The notes below the pieces were generated by a model. It was not told the origin of the DNA, did no database searches, and saw only the letters and a program-made list of their open reading frames with translations. From Candidatus Fermentibacteraceae bacterium (GTDB lineage Bacteria > Fermentibacterota > Fermentibacteria > Fermentibacterales > JCC-6): 64,000 nt of DNA. The position numbers and the translations under genes were made by a program. The DNA lies in the NCBI GenBank assembly GCA_016744855.1, contig JADGDO010000002.1, forward strand, positions 96,374-160,373. Reading direction: 5' to 3'. The stretch's first letter is position 1. Each line of letters starts with the position of its first letter. Shown here piece by piece: positions 28,373 to 38,714 of this stretch.

Positions 28373-31300
28373 TCAGTTTACAGTTGCAAGAACTCCAGTG
28401 ACAGAAGATGACTGCCTGAAGATTCCACCCTCTGTCTCGGCTTCAATAACATAAATGTATGCACCAGAAGCGGGAAGGTCTCCATCTGTATCAAGGCCAT
28501 TCCAGAGAATCTGGTTGTATCCCTGGGAGCACTGCTTCGAGAAACGTGTGATACATCTACCACCCGTTGTATAAATAGAAACAGTAACAAAGGAATTGGA
28601 AGAAACTGAAAAACTGAAGCAACGCTGACCGGTTCCAGGATTGGGATATACCACATACTGATCTATTGCAACCTCACTCTTGTCGGTCGAATTCACATAA
28701 AGGCTATCCCTTGAAAGATTTCCTATTCCATCAATTGCCTGCAAAATGAAAAGGTGCCTGCCAGAAGCCAGACCGGAAACAGTGTAATCAAGCTGCCCAG
28801 TAACGGTAGATCCGGTATTGTAAGTGAAAGAATCACTTACATCAAATTCTTCATTATCAACGAATAGCTGAATGCTCTTACCAGTACCGCCCAGAAAGGT
28901 GATTCCTCCCGGGTCAGAAAGTTCTGCTTCAAGTATTCCCTCGCCTGTAACGGTCGGCTCATCAACACCGTTCTGACCTCGAATCCACATTGAAATATCA
29001 GGACCCTCAAAATCGGAAAGAGGTTCTCCTTCCACAAGAGCCAGGGGAGCATCAGCACCAAGTTCAACTCCACCCGAAACAATTGCGGTACCATTCACTC
29101 TAGCCAGATATCCTGTGCTGCAAGAGGTGGGGAGAATGCAATCGGCTGTAAACTCTCCATTGGTGATTTCCGCTCGTCCTCTCCATGCTGTTCCACCCTG
29201 ATGGAAATAGTCAATAACTCCACCGGACAGCATAGTGTAGTTAGCTGAGAAATCTGATTCAGATATCTCTATCAGAGCCAATCCATCAGAAGAATTAGCA
29301 GCTCCGGCTACAGAGTTAATCTCGCCGGAACGAAGAGTATCTCCTATAAGTTCAATCTCCAGATCATTAGCAGACATGGGAAGAATCAGATCCGGAAGAC
29401 CCATGAGAACATAGAATCTTGTATTCCCTGCTTTGTCGGCAATCAGTTTTCCTGCCCAAAATGAATAGCCAATTGAATTATTGCCCTCTGTAAGCAACGG
29501 AATCATAGCTGCTCCAAAGTTATAATTGGAAGATGAATAGGCGGGACCGGTAGCTCCTATTGTCGCTATCGCACCACCAGCAGGGTGGTAGACAAGTTTC
29601 TCAGCGATGCAGTCAACTCCGGGAACAAAAAACCTTGAAACATCGCAGGATAAGAAGAGGGCTATTGGTAATCTGGCACCGTTTGTAAGTGAGGCTGGAT
29701 CATCTCCGAGCATCACTTTCTCGTGAGCAATTTGGTTTGCGGATCCATGTCCGAAGTAGACCATAGCTCCCATGCCTTCATTCCAGAGATCTCTGAGTTC
29801 TTCCCTGGCATCAGGTTTTTCAGGATGAACATCGCCAACAACAGTACCGGAAGGCCATGGGAACTCTATAAGGTAGAATTTTTCGGGGTCTGCATAGTAG
29901 GGGAGATTTTCGTAACAAATTTGTTCCATATGATTAGTATGAACACTCTCACTAGCGGACGTATCTCCCTTACCCCATTCGTCATCTGCAAAAAGCACAA
30001 AGCGGCTGCACCATGAACCATCTGCCTGTCCGGAGTGGTAAAGAGTGCTCTTAGCACTTACAGCACCGAAACTGGATGTATCACCAGCAGGGATACGAGC
30101 TACAGGAATTTCCGGAGAATATGCACCGGGATGTACTTGAACAAACCAATCATCCTCTGCCCAGGAGGGGTAACCGCTGTCATTCGTAAGAAAAATCATT
30201 GCTGGAACGAGATCCGGAAGAGTTGTGCTGTACCCGAGAGGATCATAGTTAGCATCGCCACCAAGAATGAGTGTGGTTAGTGGTGTTGACCAGGAATCCA
30301 TACCCCAGCGTACAGCAGATCTTATTGCTCCGGGGTCCTTAACTCCTTGTCCGAATTCATCATAGATTTCGTTGGTTGTTGCGGTAACAACTTCAAGCCC
30401 CATGCTTTCCATAAGAGATACGATACCAATGGCATCGTCAGAAAAAATATCAGGAACAACCAGAAGCCTATCTCCAGATGAAACTGTTCCCACAAGTCTG
30501 CCCGGGGAGGCGGGCAGGATTGAAGCAACAGAATGCCAGTCATTCTCAGCAACAACGATAAGAGAAGTTGAATCCTGAAGAGTCATAGAGAATTTTAAAA
30601 GATCTGATGTCTGTTCCGCACCGGACAATATCAGTGGATTCATTAGATCGGTAACATCGAATGCGGAACTGCCACCTGTAAAAGAAAAATTATATCTGCC
30701 AGTTTGCCCGGGGAAGAAAACCCTTTTCCCCGATGCAACTGTTGAAATTGGATAAGTCAACTCAACATAGTCCACGTACAAATCTGCAGAGGGGTCATCA
30801 GAAGTAAAAGAGATTTGAAGCTGGTTGAGACTTGAGATATCTGCATCTTTGAATACGATCTCACGGCTACCTGAGCCGAACAGCTCAACAGATCCAATTC
30901 CTTGTATAGCTAGCGTATATGGCGAGGATTCTGTTACGGCAAATACAAGTTCAATGTCTGCGGTTCCAGCTGCTGCTGCAACATTAAAGGGTAGAGAACC
31001 CTGCTCTCCGGAATTGATTTTATCCCAGAACCATCCGGTTCTTAACTCGTACCTAGGTAACCAGTAACCACCATCTTCCAGGTGAATATGGTGCGCTATT
31101 GTATTACCCCAGTCAGGAGAAGAGTCAGGTGCACCAGGTTCGCTCTGCATCCTTGCACCTGATTCACCACCCCAGGTTAACCAGTATATGCGCTGAGTAG
31201 CGTAACGGTGGAAAAGCCATTCAAGAGCTCCATCGGAATACTCAAACCGATTCAATCCACCTGCAAGGAATCTGATGGTATCGCCTTCGTTAAAAACAGA

Positions 31301-32053
31301 GTCATTGTTATTATCATTTACAATCACTGCTACTGGCTCGAGATTGTGCTCGGCTGCAGGGGCCATTGCAAACTGAGTTCCAGGTCCGGAGAAAAGAGCC
31401 ATGCTTTGAACAGGAGAGCCAGTGACACTGCATCCGGCTGCTTCAAGCTCTGAACAGGTAACCTGATAACTGCCAGTGTCTTCAATTGATATTTTCGCCC
31501 ACGGCTTGCCCCAAAAAGGGCTTGAAGCTCTTGTCTGGTTGATGGGCCAGTATAGTTCTCCTTCTGCAATACCATAAAGAAGGTGATCCGCTGGGATTCT
31601 CTGCCCGGAGCGGGATTCAGCCCAGTCAAGAGACACATTCACTGAGGAAGTGAAACCATCTTCCGTAAATGGGTAAATGTTTATCACAGCAACTTGAGAA
31701 CCGCCGAGAGGAATTACTCCCTCGAGCTCAACAGTCTCTAGTGAAAGATCAACAGGTTCAGCCGGGACTTCGTGAGCATCAAGGCCAGAGCCCATCAGCA
31801 ATCCGGCCCTTGGAAAAGATATCGAATTGGTAGAAATACGTGATGAAACTACAGAACTGGTCAGTACAGGCTCAGCACCTGGTGGAACAGGGATAAAAAC
31901 GGTTTTAACTGGATACATCGGCACACCCGGTTCATTCAGGTTAACTGTTCCTTCAATTGTCGGAAATCCACCGGAATCAATCTCCGGCTGGGCGAAATTG
32001 AATGTACCTGTCCACGAGGCAACAAGAATTGCGATAATCGGGAAAACGGTCAT
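28373..32053 (-). CDS. C25 (gingipain-family) peptidase, PorU-like, with FlgD/T9SS CTD
   Basis: IYDEFG, GDANYD, VARIP, YFGHGS (His), LSC (Cys), GGAIA; C-terminal YPNP...WNG.D..G...SGAYIY. Confidence 0.85.
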   Translation of the reverse strand: MTVFPIIAILVASWTGTFNFAQPEIDSGGFPTIEGTVNLNEPGVPMYPVKTVFIPVPPGAEPVLTSSVVSSRISTNSISFPRAGLLMGSGLDAHEVPAEPVDLSLETVELEGVIPLGGSQVAVINIYPFTEDGFTSSVNVSLDWAESRSGQRIPADHLLYGIAEGELYWPINQTRASSPFWGKPWAKISIEDTGSYQVTCSELEAAGCSVTGSPVQSMALFSGPGTQFAMAPAAEHNLEPVAVIVNDNNNDSVFNEGDTIRFLAGGLNRFEYSDGALEWLFHRYATQRIYWLTWGGESGARMQSEPGAPDSSPDWGNTIAHHIHLEDGGYWLPRYELRTGWFWDKINSGEQGSLPFNVAAAAGTADIELVFAVTESSPYTLAIQGIGSVELFGSGSREIVFKDADISSLNQLQISFTSDDPSADLYVDYVELTYPISTVASGKRVFFPGQTGRYNFSFTGGSSAFDVTDLMNPLILSGAEQTSDLLKFSMTLQDSTSLIVVAENDWHSVASILPASPGRLVGTVSSGDRLLVVPDIFSDDAIGIVSLMESMGLEVVTATTNEIYDEFGQGVKDPGAIRSAVRWGMDSWSTPLTTLILGGDANYDPLGYSTTLPDLVPAMIFLTNDSGYPSWAEDDWFVQVHPGAYSPEIPVARIPAGDTSSFGAVSAKSTLYHSGQADGSWCSRFVLFADDEWGKGDTSASESVHTNHMEQICYENLPYYADPEKFYLIEFPWPSGTVVGDVHPEKPDAREELRDLWNEGMGAMVYFGHGSANQIAHEKVMLGDDPASLTNGARLPIALFLSCDVSRFFVPGVDCIAEKLVYHPAGGAIATIGATGPAYSSSNYNFGAAMIPLLTEGNNSIGYSFWAGKLIADKAGNTRFYVLMGLPDLILPMSANDLEIELIGDTLRSGEINSVAGAANSSDGLALIEISESDFSANYTMLSGGVIDYFHQGGTAWRGRAEITNGEFTADCILPTSCSTGYLARVNGTAIVSGGVELGADAPLALVEGEPLSDFEGPDISMWIRGQNGVDEPTVTGEGILEAELSDPGGITFLGGTGKSIQLFVDNEEFDVSDSFTYNTGSTVTGQLDYTVSGLASGRHLFILQAIDGIGNLSRDSLYVNSTDKSEVAIDQYVVYPNPGTGQRCFSFSVSSNSFVTVSIYTTGGRCITRFSKQCSQGYNQILWNGLDTDGDLPASGAYIYVIEAETEGGIFRQSSSVTGVLATVN

Positions 32054-32055
32054 AT

Positions 32056-32787
32056 CTACTCCTTCAAACCGACAAGCAAAGGTAGAATTTCCCCAGCTTT
32101 TCTTCTAACACTGATAACACTTTCGCTGTGAGGCAGTTCCGTTCGGGCAGGGTTGATCTCAATAACATCCACCCCGTTTTCAAGAGCGGCAAATGGTATC
32201 CCGGCTGCTGGCCAGACCTGAACAGAAGTACCAATCACAATAAGCAGATCGCATTCCTCAGCGAGTTCATAAGATCTGGCTATAGTTTCCTGGGGCAATG
32301 ACTCGCCGAACAGAACAATATCAGGTCTTAGAATAGTTCCGCAGACTGGGCACAAAGGTGGAGTTTCCTTCAATATTTCGTGGGAGAGTTGTGTTGAAAA
32401 TCCGCACTTCTTCAAACAGGAAGCAGTTCTCATAGACCCGTGGATCTCGAGAACATCGGTTTGCCCGGAGATACTGTGTAAACCATCCACATTCTGGGTA
32501 ATTACAGGCAGATGCCCCTTAAGCTTCTGTAAATGGGTAAGTGCTCTGTAGCCTGCATGAGGCTTCACACCTTCACCCGCCATCAACCGCATTTTGTACC
32601 AATCCCAAACGACTTCCGGTTCTTCTCTTAATCCGGATATTGAAGAAAGCCGTTCCGGGCTGTATTCTTTCCAGAGGCCTTCCTCACCGCGAAATGTTCT
32701 CATTCCGCTCTCTCTAGACATCCCGGCGCCGGTGAAAACAACCGGATTCGATCGATTCCTGATAAGCTCTATTGCTCTGTTTATCAT
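32056..32787 (-). CDS. cobB: NAD-dependent protein deacylase (sirtuin)
   Basis: TGAGMSRESG, TQNVDGLH, HGS, Zn-binding Cys pairs, LFGE, GTS, INP. Confidence 0.93.
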   Translation of the reverse strand: MINRAIELIRNRSNPVVFTGAGMSRESGMRTFRGEEGLWKEYSPERLSSISGLREEPEVVWDWYKMRLMAGEGVKPHAGYRALTHLQKLKGHLPVITQNVDGLHSISGQTDVLEIHGSMRTASCLKKCGFSTQLSHEILKETPPLCPVCGTILRPDIVLFGESLPQETIARSYELAEECDLLIVIGTSVQVWPAAGIPFAALENGVDVIEINPARTELPHSESVISVRRKAGEILPLLVGLKE

Positions 32788-35700
32788 GGACTCACAACCA
32801 GAACATCTGTAACAGCTGCATCGCCTGAACTGCTGGAAAACTCTATCAAATAAATGTAAGCCCCTGCTGCGATTGAGTCTCCGTCTTTATCCATACCATT
32901 CCAAAAAAGCTGTCCAGCTCCACTCTGCACAATTGTGTTGCCATTCCAAACCGGTCTTCCAGCAATTGTAAAAACTGTAACAGAGACTGTTCCGATGGAT
33001 GACGAGGTAAAGAAAAATGCTCTGGGACCCCGAACAGGATTCGGGAAAACTCCTGTTTTTTCAAGCAAAGGTGCTTCACCGTTTAATACGTTGAAGCTCA
33101 GAACTGCCTCACCAGTGTTCTTCATTCCATCCCTGGCAACCAACCGGAACTCATGAGTACCGGGAAGTAGATCAGGGAGTGAGTAATCCAGAGAACCTGT
33201 TGTGTAGCTTCCATGATTGTAGGTGAACAGATCAGTTAAATCTTCAAAACTGCCATCAACTGAACCGATAATTGTTGAACCAGCGTCATCTCCCAGAATA
33301 CAAATACCGGAAGAGTCGGAGATGACAGCATGCAATTCGGCATTCTGATAAACAGTCGGGATCTCGCCTCCAGCAGGTGAAGAAGGAAAGCTGAGAGTAA
33401 TATCGGGACCCTCGGAATCATCGCTGTGTGTGCCGGTATCAACAAGAGGCACAGGCCAGGCGAATCCCGTGCCCAGTTCCTCTCCGACTCTTCCAGTTGC
33501 ATCAACTCTAGCGAGAGAGCCCGTATCTGCCTGAAGAGGTACGAAGAAATCAACAGAAGCATCTCCCACCGGGTCTGTAGAAAGGATACTGCTGTAAAAT
33601 TCGGAACCGTAACGCAGGTACTGCATTTCACAATTATCTACAATTGAACTTACAAAAAAGATAGAATCTGCACTTTCCCGACAGCGGAACAGAAATGATG
33701 ATTCTTCGGGAAAAGTAACTTCTACTCTGTTGAGTAAACCTCTTCTGAGGGTGTCTGCTTCTTCTATATCGTAGCCGTTCGTTTCTGTTGTATGAAGAGT
33801 TATTCCCCCATCACCGAGAATGGGGTACTGGTAGTTATTAGCACCGCCAACCAGGCTAAGTTGTGACAACCAAAGAGCTTCGGCAATAGTAAAACTCCCA
33901 TCGTGCAATCTTGTAAGAAATTCTGCAGAAAGAAATCCGTTCTGACCCGTAGTACTTAAACGGGTACATGCAACAGTTGCAGCTGCTCCTCCTCCTGGAT
34001 GGAATAGAAGGGCTTCTGCAAGACAATCACCGGCAGATAGATCGAAAAAACCGGTAGAACAGGAAAAAGAGTTATAGAGAAAATATCTCGGCCCGTTTGT
34101 AAGGTTGCTGACCATGGCGGATGAAAAAAGCTTCTCATGAGTCATCTGATCATAAGAACCGTGACCAAAGAAAGATACGGAGACCACCCCACTGTTAAGC
34201 TGGTCTACAAAATCAGAAGAAGCCTCTGGTTTTGTCGGGTGAACGCCGCCCACAGTTGTTCCTACAGGCCAAGGATAGGCAATTTCGTAGAGTTTAAAAA
34301 TATTCGCTGAGGCGGGAATAATACTGTCTGCCAGCTGCTCGCAAATTCCGGTGTTTACTAGCTCAGAGGAACTCGCACTTTTACCCCACTCATCATCAGC
34401 GGCAAGAAGCACAGTGTTAGCCCATGGACCAAGATTCGAGGTATTCTCCAGAGCAACTGCTTTTTCAGAGGCAACAAGAAGATCATTCACAGTTGAAGCA
34501 GGAATTCTTGAGACAGGTATCTCAGGGTCCTGGCCGCCTGTGTGAACTGTGGTAAAATAAGAATCTGTACAACTACCGGTTTTCAATTCAACATGCACCG
34601 GAGCGATAGAATGATAACCGGTAGAATACCCGAGAGGATCATTGGAACCGTCTCCAATGAGAAGAAGAGCCTGGGGTGGATCGGGCCATGTATCGAGAGC
34701 CCACCTGACAAGAGACCTTACAGCACCGGGATCTGACACCCCCTGAGCAAACTCATCGTAAATCTCTTTATAGGTTACAACAGAGACAGATAGCCCACGG
34801 GAAGAATACAACGATTCAAGTACTCCCATCCCCTCATGCAAAACTTCGGGTACTGTAATAATTATGTCTGCCGGAGAGGAGGCACCAAGAATTCTTCCCG
34901 GCTGAGCTTGCTCAATAAACTCTGCAGAAAGATACGAAGAGGGATTCACAGCAAGCAGAGTGGAAACATCTCCCTGCATATCATAAGACAACTGAGCTTC
35001 AGATCCCTCAATAATCCAATCAGTCAGCCTTTTGGGGTCGTGGGGATAAGTAACATCATAGATTTCAGTACCCGAAGAAACAGAACCTATGTTCAATGAG
35101 TGAAGCCCGGGAGAATAATCAGAGAGTGAAACAAGATTGCCTGCTGAAGTAGACAGGTTTACCGGGAGCAGAATCTCAGCATAATTTAAAAAGGAGTCAC
35201 CGGAGATATCATTCCATACTTTCAGCAGGTTACCACCCTGTTGAATTGATACATTGTCGACTGTATATAGTTCGAATATTTGGCTTCCCATCGTGTCGAG
35301 GAAAAGAACATTCTCCATCTCAGCCCACACTGCATGAGTACTTATAGATGCATTGACTATAGAAAGTCTTACTGTGGCAAAATCAGAAGCAAAAGGTGCG
35401 CTGAGATAGAAGTAGCTCGGAAATGCTCCACTGAGAAAGCCCCAAACCCAACCAGTTCTGTATTCAGAAGAATCCCAAAAGACCTCTTCCTCGAAGCCGA
35501 AAGGAACCACTCCCTGCTCTATCGGGGAGCCTCCGGATGGGACTACAGGGACTTGATCAATCCTGGCTCCGTTTTCTCCACCCCATGTCAGCCAGTAGGT
35601 GTTGATTTCGTCATATCTGTTGTAAGATCGGAAAATAGAATCAGGAGTGAAATTCCAGTGCCACAACCCCTGACCGAAGAAAACAAGTGAATCGGATGAA

Positions 35701-36485
35701 TCAAAGATGCCATCCCCTCCATCGAATACAGAAATTGAGACAGAAGCCAGGTGATGTTCATCACCCGGATCCTCCGGATCAAACATCTCTGCTGGGCCCG
35801 AGAACATTCCGAGGGAAGCAGAGGGAGAACCTGTAACCATGCAGCCTGACGCTTCCAGTTCCTCTCCTGAGATACTGTATACCCCTGTATTTTCAACACC
35901 GATACGTGCCCATGGCTTACCCCAGAAGGGGCTCTCCACTGAGCCCGGTCTGGTGTAGGGCCACCAAACTTCAGCATCAGGGCACAGTTCCTGTAGAAGA
36001 GTGCCATCAAGAGATCTACCGGAAGATCTTTCGTTAAATGATAGAGAATAGTTTATTTCACGCGCATAGACAGTTGATCTTCCATAGCAAAATGGGGAAA
36101 CTGACACCTTTGCTACAGTAGTACCCAGAAGATGTATTACTTCAAAAGAGACAGGAGGATGTTCAGTGGGAAACTCAACGGGCAGAAATGTTTCAACTGT
36201 CTGCAACCCTGTCCCTGAAAGAATAGGAGCAGAGGCAAGCTGAAAATGTCGATCCCAACCTGTATTTCCAGTGGCAGCAACATCCCAATCCAGATGGATT
36301 TCTGAGCCCGGAGGTACCGGAAAATACTGGACAGTACCGGGGAGCATTGCTCCGGCATCGGATTCCATAGCATACATGTCGGGTATGATTATTGAACTCA
36401 ACCCATCAGCCTCTCGAAGGTAAGGTTCGCCAACCTCAACAACAGCAACGTGTTCCATCGCTATTATTGCAAGAGCAAACAGCAT
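32784..36485 (-). CDS. Second PorU-like C25 peptidase with FlgD/T9SS CTD
   Basis: IYDEFA, IGDG, VSRIP, FFGHGS, FSC, FPNP...WNG.D..G...GAYIY; paralog of 28373-32053. Confidence 0.85.
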   Translation of the reverse strand: MLFALAIIAMEHVAVVEVGEPYLREADGLSSIIIPDMYAMESDAGAMLPGTVQYFPVPPGSEIHLDWDVAATGNTGWDRHFQLASAPILSGTGLQTVETFLPVEFPTEHPPVSFEVIHLLGTTVAKVSVSPFCYGRSTVYAREINYSLSFNERSSGRSLDGTLLQELCPDAEVWWPYTRPGSVESPFWGKPWARIGVENTGVYSISGEELEASGCMVTGSPSASLGMFSGPAEMFDPEDPGDEHHLASVSISVFDGGDGIFDSSDSLVFFGQGLWHWNFTPDSIFRSYNRYDEINTYWLTWGGENGARIDQVPVVPSGGSPIEQGVVPFGFEEEVFWDSSEYRTGWVWGFLSGAFPSYFYLSAPFASDFATVRLSIVNASISTHAVWAEMENVLFLDTMGSQIFELYTVDNVSIQQGGNLLKVWNDISGDSFLNYAEILLPVNLSTSAGNLVSLSDYSPGLHSLNIGSVSSGTEIYDVTYPHDPKRLTDWIIEGSEAQLSYDMQGDVSTLLAVNPSSYLSAEFIEQAQPGRILGASSPADIIITVPEVLHEGMGVLESLYSSRGLSVSVVTYKEIYDEFAQGVSDPGAVRSLVRWALDTWPDPPQALLLIGDGSNDPLGYSTGYHSIAPVHVELKTGSCTDSYFTTVHTGGQDPEIPVSRIPASTVNDLLVASEKAVALENTSNLGPWANTVLLAADDEWGKSASSSELVNTGICEQLADSIIPASANIFKLYEIAYPWPVGTTVGGVHPTKPEASSDFVDQLNSGVVSVSFFGHGSYDQMTHEKLFSSAMVSNLTNGPRYFLYNSFSCSTGFFDLSAGDCLAEALLFHPGGGAAATVACTRLSTTGQNGFLSAEFLTRLHDGSFTIAEALWLSQLSLVGGANNYQYPILGDGGITLHTTETNGYDIEEADTLRRGLLNRVEVTFPEESSFLFRCRESADSIFFVSSIVDNCEMQYLRYGSEFYSSILSTDPVGDASVDFFVPLQADTGSLARVDATGRVGEELGTGFAWPVPLVDTGTHSDDSEGPDITLSFPSSPAGGEIPTVYQNAELHAVISDSSGICILGDDAGSTIIGSVDGSFEDLTDLFTYNHGSYTTGSLDYSLPDLLPGTHEFRLVARDGMKNTGEAVLSFNVLNGEAPLLEKTGVFPNPVRGPRAFFFTSSSIGTVSVTVFTIAGRPVWNGNTIVQSGAGQLFWNGMDKDGDSIAAGAYIYLIEFSSSSGDAAVTDVLVVSP

Positions 36486-36556
36486 TCCAGACAGAATAAT
36501 CCCCCTTCGTCAGTGGCAAACCAATTTTGATATATAATCAATACTCGGAAAGGTGA

Positions 36557-37789
36557 ATGGAGGTTCCACTGACTACTCTATCATGGAAACTGGCATGGCG
36601 CTATTTAAGACGCCACCCTAAAAGGAAAAGACTTGCTTTCGCGTCTGTAGTAAGCACCGCTGGAGTAACTCTCGGCGTTGCGGCTCTTGTAATAGTTATG
36701 AGTGTTCTGGGTGGGCTTGCAGAATTTATCAGCAGAAGCGTTAAAGCGGTCGATGCACCCATAGCTCTCTTATCAGACAACTCATCCCCGCTACCTGATG
36801 ACTCTTTGTTTATAGCCAGTCTGGAGTTGCTTCCAGAGGTGAGTTCTACCTCACCCTATATAGAAGGGGAGGCTGTTGCTAGGATGCCGTCCAGGGACAC
36901 TGAGTCGGGTTGCCTGGTCAGAGGAGTTACAGGAAGTCACTTCCGGGAAACCGGTCTTGATACAATGCTTATCTGGGGTAGTCCTCCACTTGTACAGGAA
37001 GACGATCTTCCTGGGGCTGTTCTAGGCATCTATCTTTCTGAGGACTTCATGCACAGTGTAGGCGATACACTACTGTTCTTCCCTCCTTCTGCCTTCTTCT
37101 CCAGTGCAAGAACAGGGGTTGGAAGAGCTGTTCTAACTGGAAGCGTCGAAACCGGTTTACCTGTTAACGACAGAAAAATAGTCTACCTTCCGCTTGAAAC
37201 TGCCTCAAGAATGTTCCTCCCCGGGGGAGGATACACTGGTATTTTTGTAGAACCCTCTGTGAGCTTTACTCTTGAGCAGACGGTAAGTGCATTGAAGAGG
37301 GTCGTTCCCGATTCGGTAAACGTTCTCACCTGGCAGGAGAGAAACCCGGCGCTTTATGCCAGCTTGCAACTTGAACGAATGGGCGCATTTGCAGCTATTC
37401 TGCTTATTACTCTGGTCGCATCCTTTAATATCACCGGCACAATTGCGAGAAGCGTTGTGGAACGCAGACGAGACATCGCAGTTTTAAAAGCGATGGGAGC
37501 GGGTCGACAGCTGATTCTTAAGGTTTTTCTCTGGGAGGGGCTGCTTGTTGGTCTGGTCGGAGCTGTATCCGGAATCATTCTGGGACTATTCGGATGCTGG
37601 TTAATTGCTTCGACAAACCTCATTCAGCTGCCAGATGTTTACTCATTTCATGATTCATTTCCCATGAAGATTTCCTTCCTCGCAGTATTCTCAGCAGGAG
37701 GCGCAGCTGTTCTGACAAGCCTGCTTGCAGCACTATTACCGGCAATCCGTGCTTCAGGGCTTGAGCCCACAAAGGGTCTCAGGCAGTGA
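36557..37789 (+). CDS. LolC/LolE-type ABC permease
   Basis: LAWRYL, GVTLGVAAL, ERRRDIAVLKAMGA, PAIRAS. Confidence 0.88.
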   Translation: MEVPLTTLSWKLAWRYLRRHPKRKRLAFASVVSTAGVTLGVAALVIVMSVLGGLAEFISRSVKAVDAPIALLSDNSSPLPDDSLFIASLELLPEVSSTSPYIEGEAVARMPSRDTESGCLVRGVTGSHFRETGLDTMLIWGSPPLVQEDDLPGAVLGIYLSEDFMHSVGDTLLFFPPSAFFSSARTGVGRAVLTGSVETGLPVNDRKIVYLPLETASRMFLPGGGYTGIFVEPSVSFTLEQTVSALKRVVPDSVNVLTWQERNPALYASLQLERMGAFAAILLITLVASFNITGTIARSVVERRRDIAVLKAMGAGRQLILKVFLWEGLLVGLVGAVSGIILGLFGCWLIASTNLIQLPDVYSFHDSFPMKISFLAVFSAGGAAVLTSLLAALLPAIRASGLEPTKGLRQ

Positions 37790-38697
37790 TTATTCTTCTC
37801 GCTATTCTCGGTTTCACTATTTCTCCGGCTGACTCGGCCAGGGAACTAATATCAATAAGGCACATTCCGGATGGTGCTATTCACTACGCTCAGCTTGCAG
37901 CTGCCGAACATGGCTCCTGGGTGCTGGAATTCGGAAGGCTTCTCGAAAGTGCAGGACGATTCTCTGATGCATACCGTATTTATGGAATTGCTCTTGGGAA
38001 CAGCTCATCACAGGAAACATCTGATTGGTTGATCAACAGAAGACAAGGTGTTTCTCCTTTGGACACAACACTGGTGATAACCACCTCTATTGCAAACACA
38101 GGCAATATCCCTGCATGGTGCGTGCAGGTAATAATTCCTCTACCGGTCCCCCATCCTCCTTTTCAAGATCTCACCATTCTGGAAAGTGATTTTACTCCAT
38201 CGGGAAACCTGATGGTTGCAGATATTCCTCTTATTCCTCCAGGACATACGGTAAACCTCTCAATCGCTGTTAACATTTGCCAGCAACCGATTTCAATGCG
38301 ACCCATTCCGGAATCGCTCAGCGACGAGACCCTCAACTGGATTTCACAAACTCTGCGATCTATGCCCATTCCCCCCGCCTTACCCGGCCCTTGCGTACCA
38401 ATGAGCGAAGAAATGGCGAGGCTTGCAGAAGAACATGGATTAGCCATGAAGCTTGAGGGAGGACTAATTCTTGACAGAACAGGTTTTATTTTCCATGCAT
38501 GGAACATCCTTCAGGATCCCTGCATCAGAATTGATCCGCTTCTTTTCAAGAGTGATTCCCTGCTTTCAATAGCCCACAACCCGACTGATGTAATCCCTCT
38601 GTGGGATCTGGGAGTAACAGATGGATACGAGCTCAATCTGCTTTACAAAAACCCCGAGTGCGAACTCACCGGATCAATTCAGATAGACCCGCAATAA
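37786..38697 (+). CDS. Exported protein with degenerate transglutaminase-like domain
   Basis: Signal peptide; GPC...G...HAW...IDP gives a Cys-His-Asp order. Confidence 0.55.
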   Translation: MIILLAILGFTISPADSARELISIRHIPDGAIHYAQLAAAEHGSWVLEFGRLLESAGRFSDAYRIYGIALGNSSSQETSDWLINRRQGVSPLDTTLVITTSIANTGNIPAWCVQVIIPLPVPHPPFQDLTILESDFTPSGNLMVADIPLIPPGHTVNLSIAVNICQQPISMRPIPESLSDETLNWISQTLRSMPIPPALPGPCVPMSEEMARLAEEHGLAMKLEGGLILDRTGFIFHAWNILQDPCIRIDPLLFKSDSLLSIAHNPTDVIPLWDLGVTDGYELNLLYKNPECELTGSIQIDPQ

Positions 38698-38714
38698 GTG
38701 AAAGTGCAGTTAAA

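Noticed and set aside
36527-36541. TTGAT-ATATA-ATCAA palindrome resembling an FNR box
   Set aside because: The spacer is 5 nt rather than 4, and it coincides with an AT-rich -10 element.
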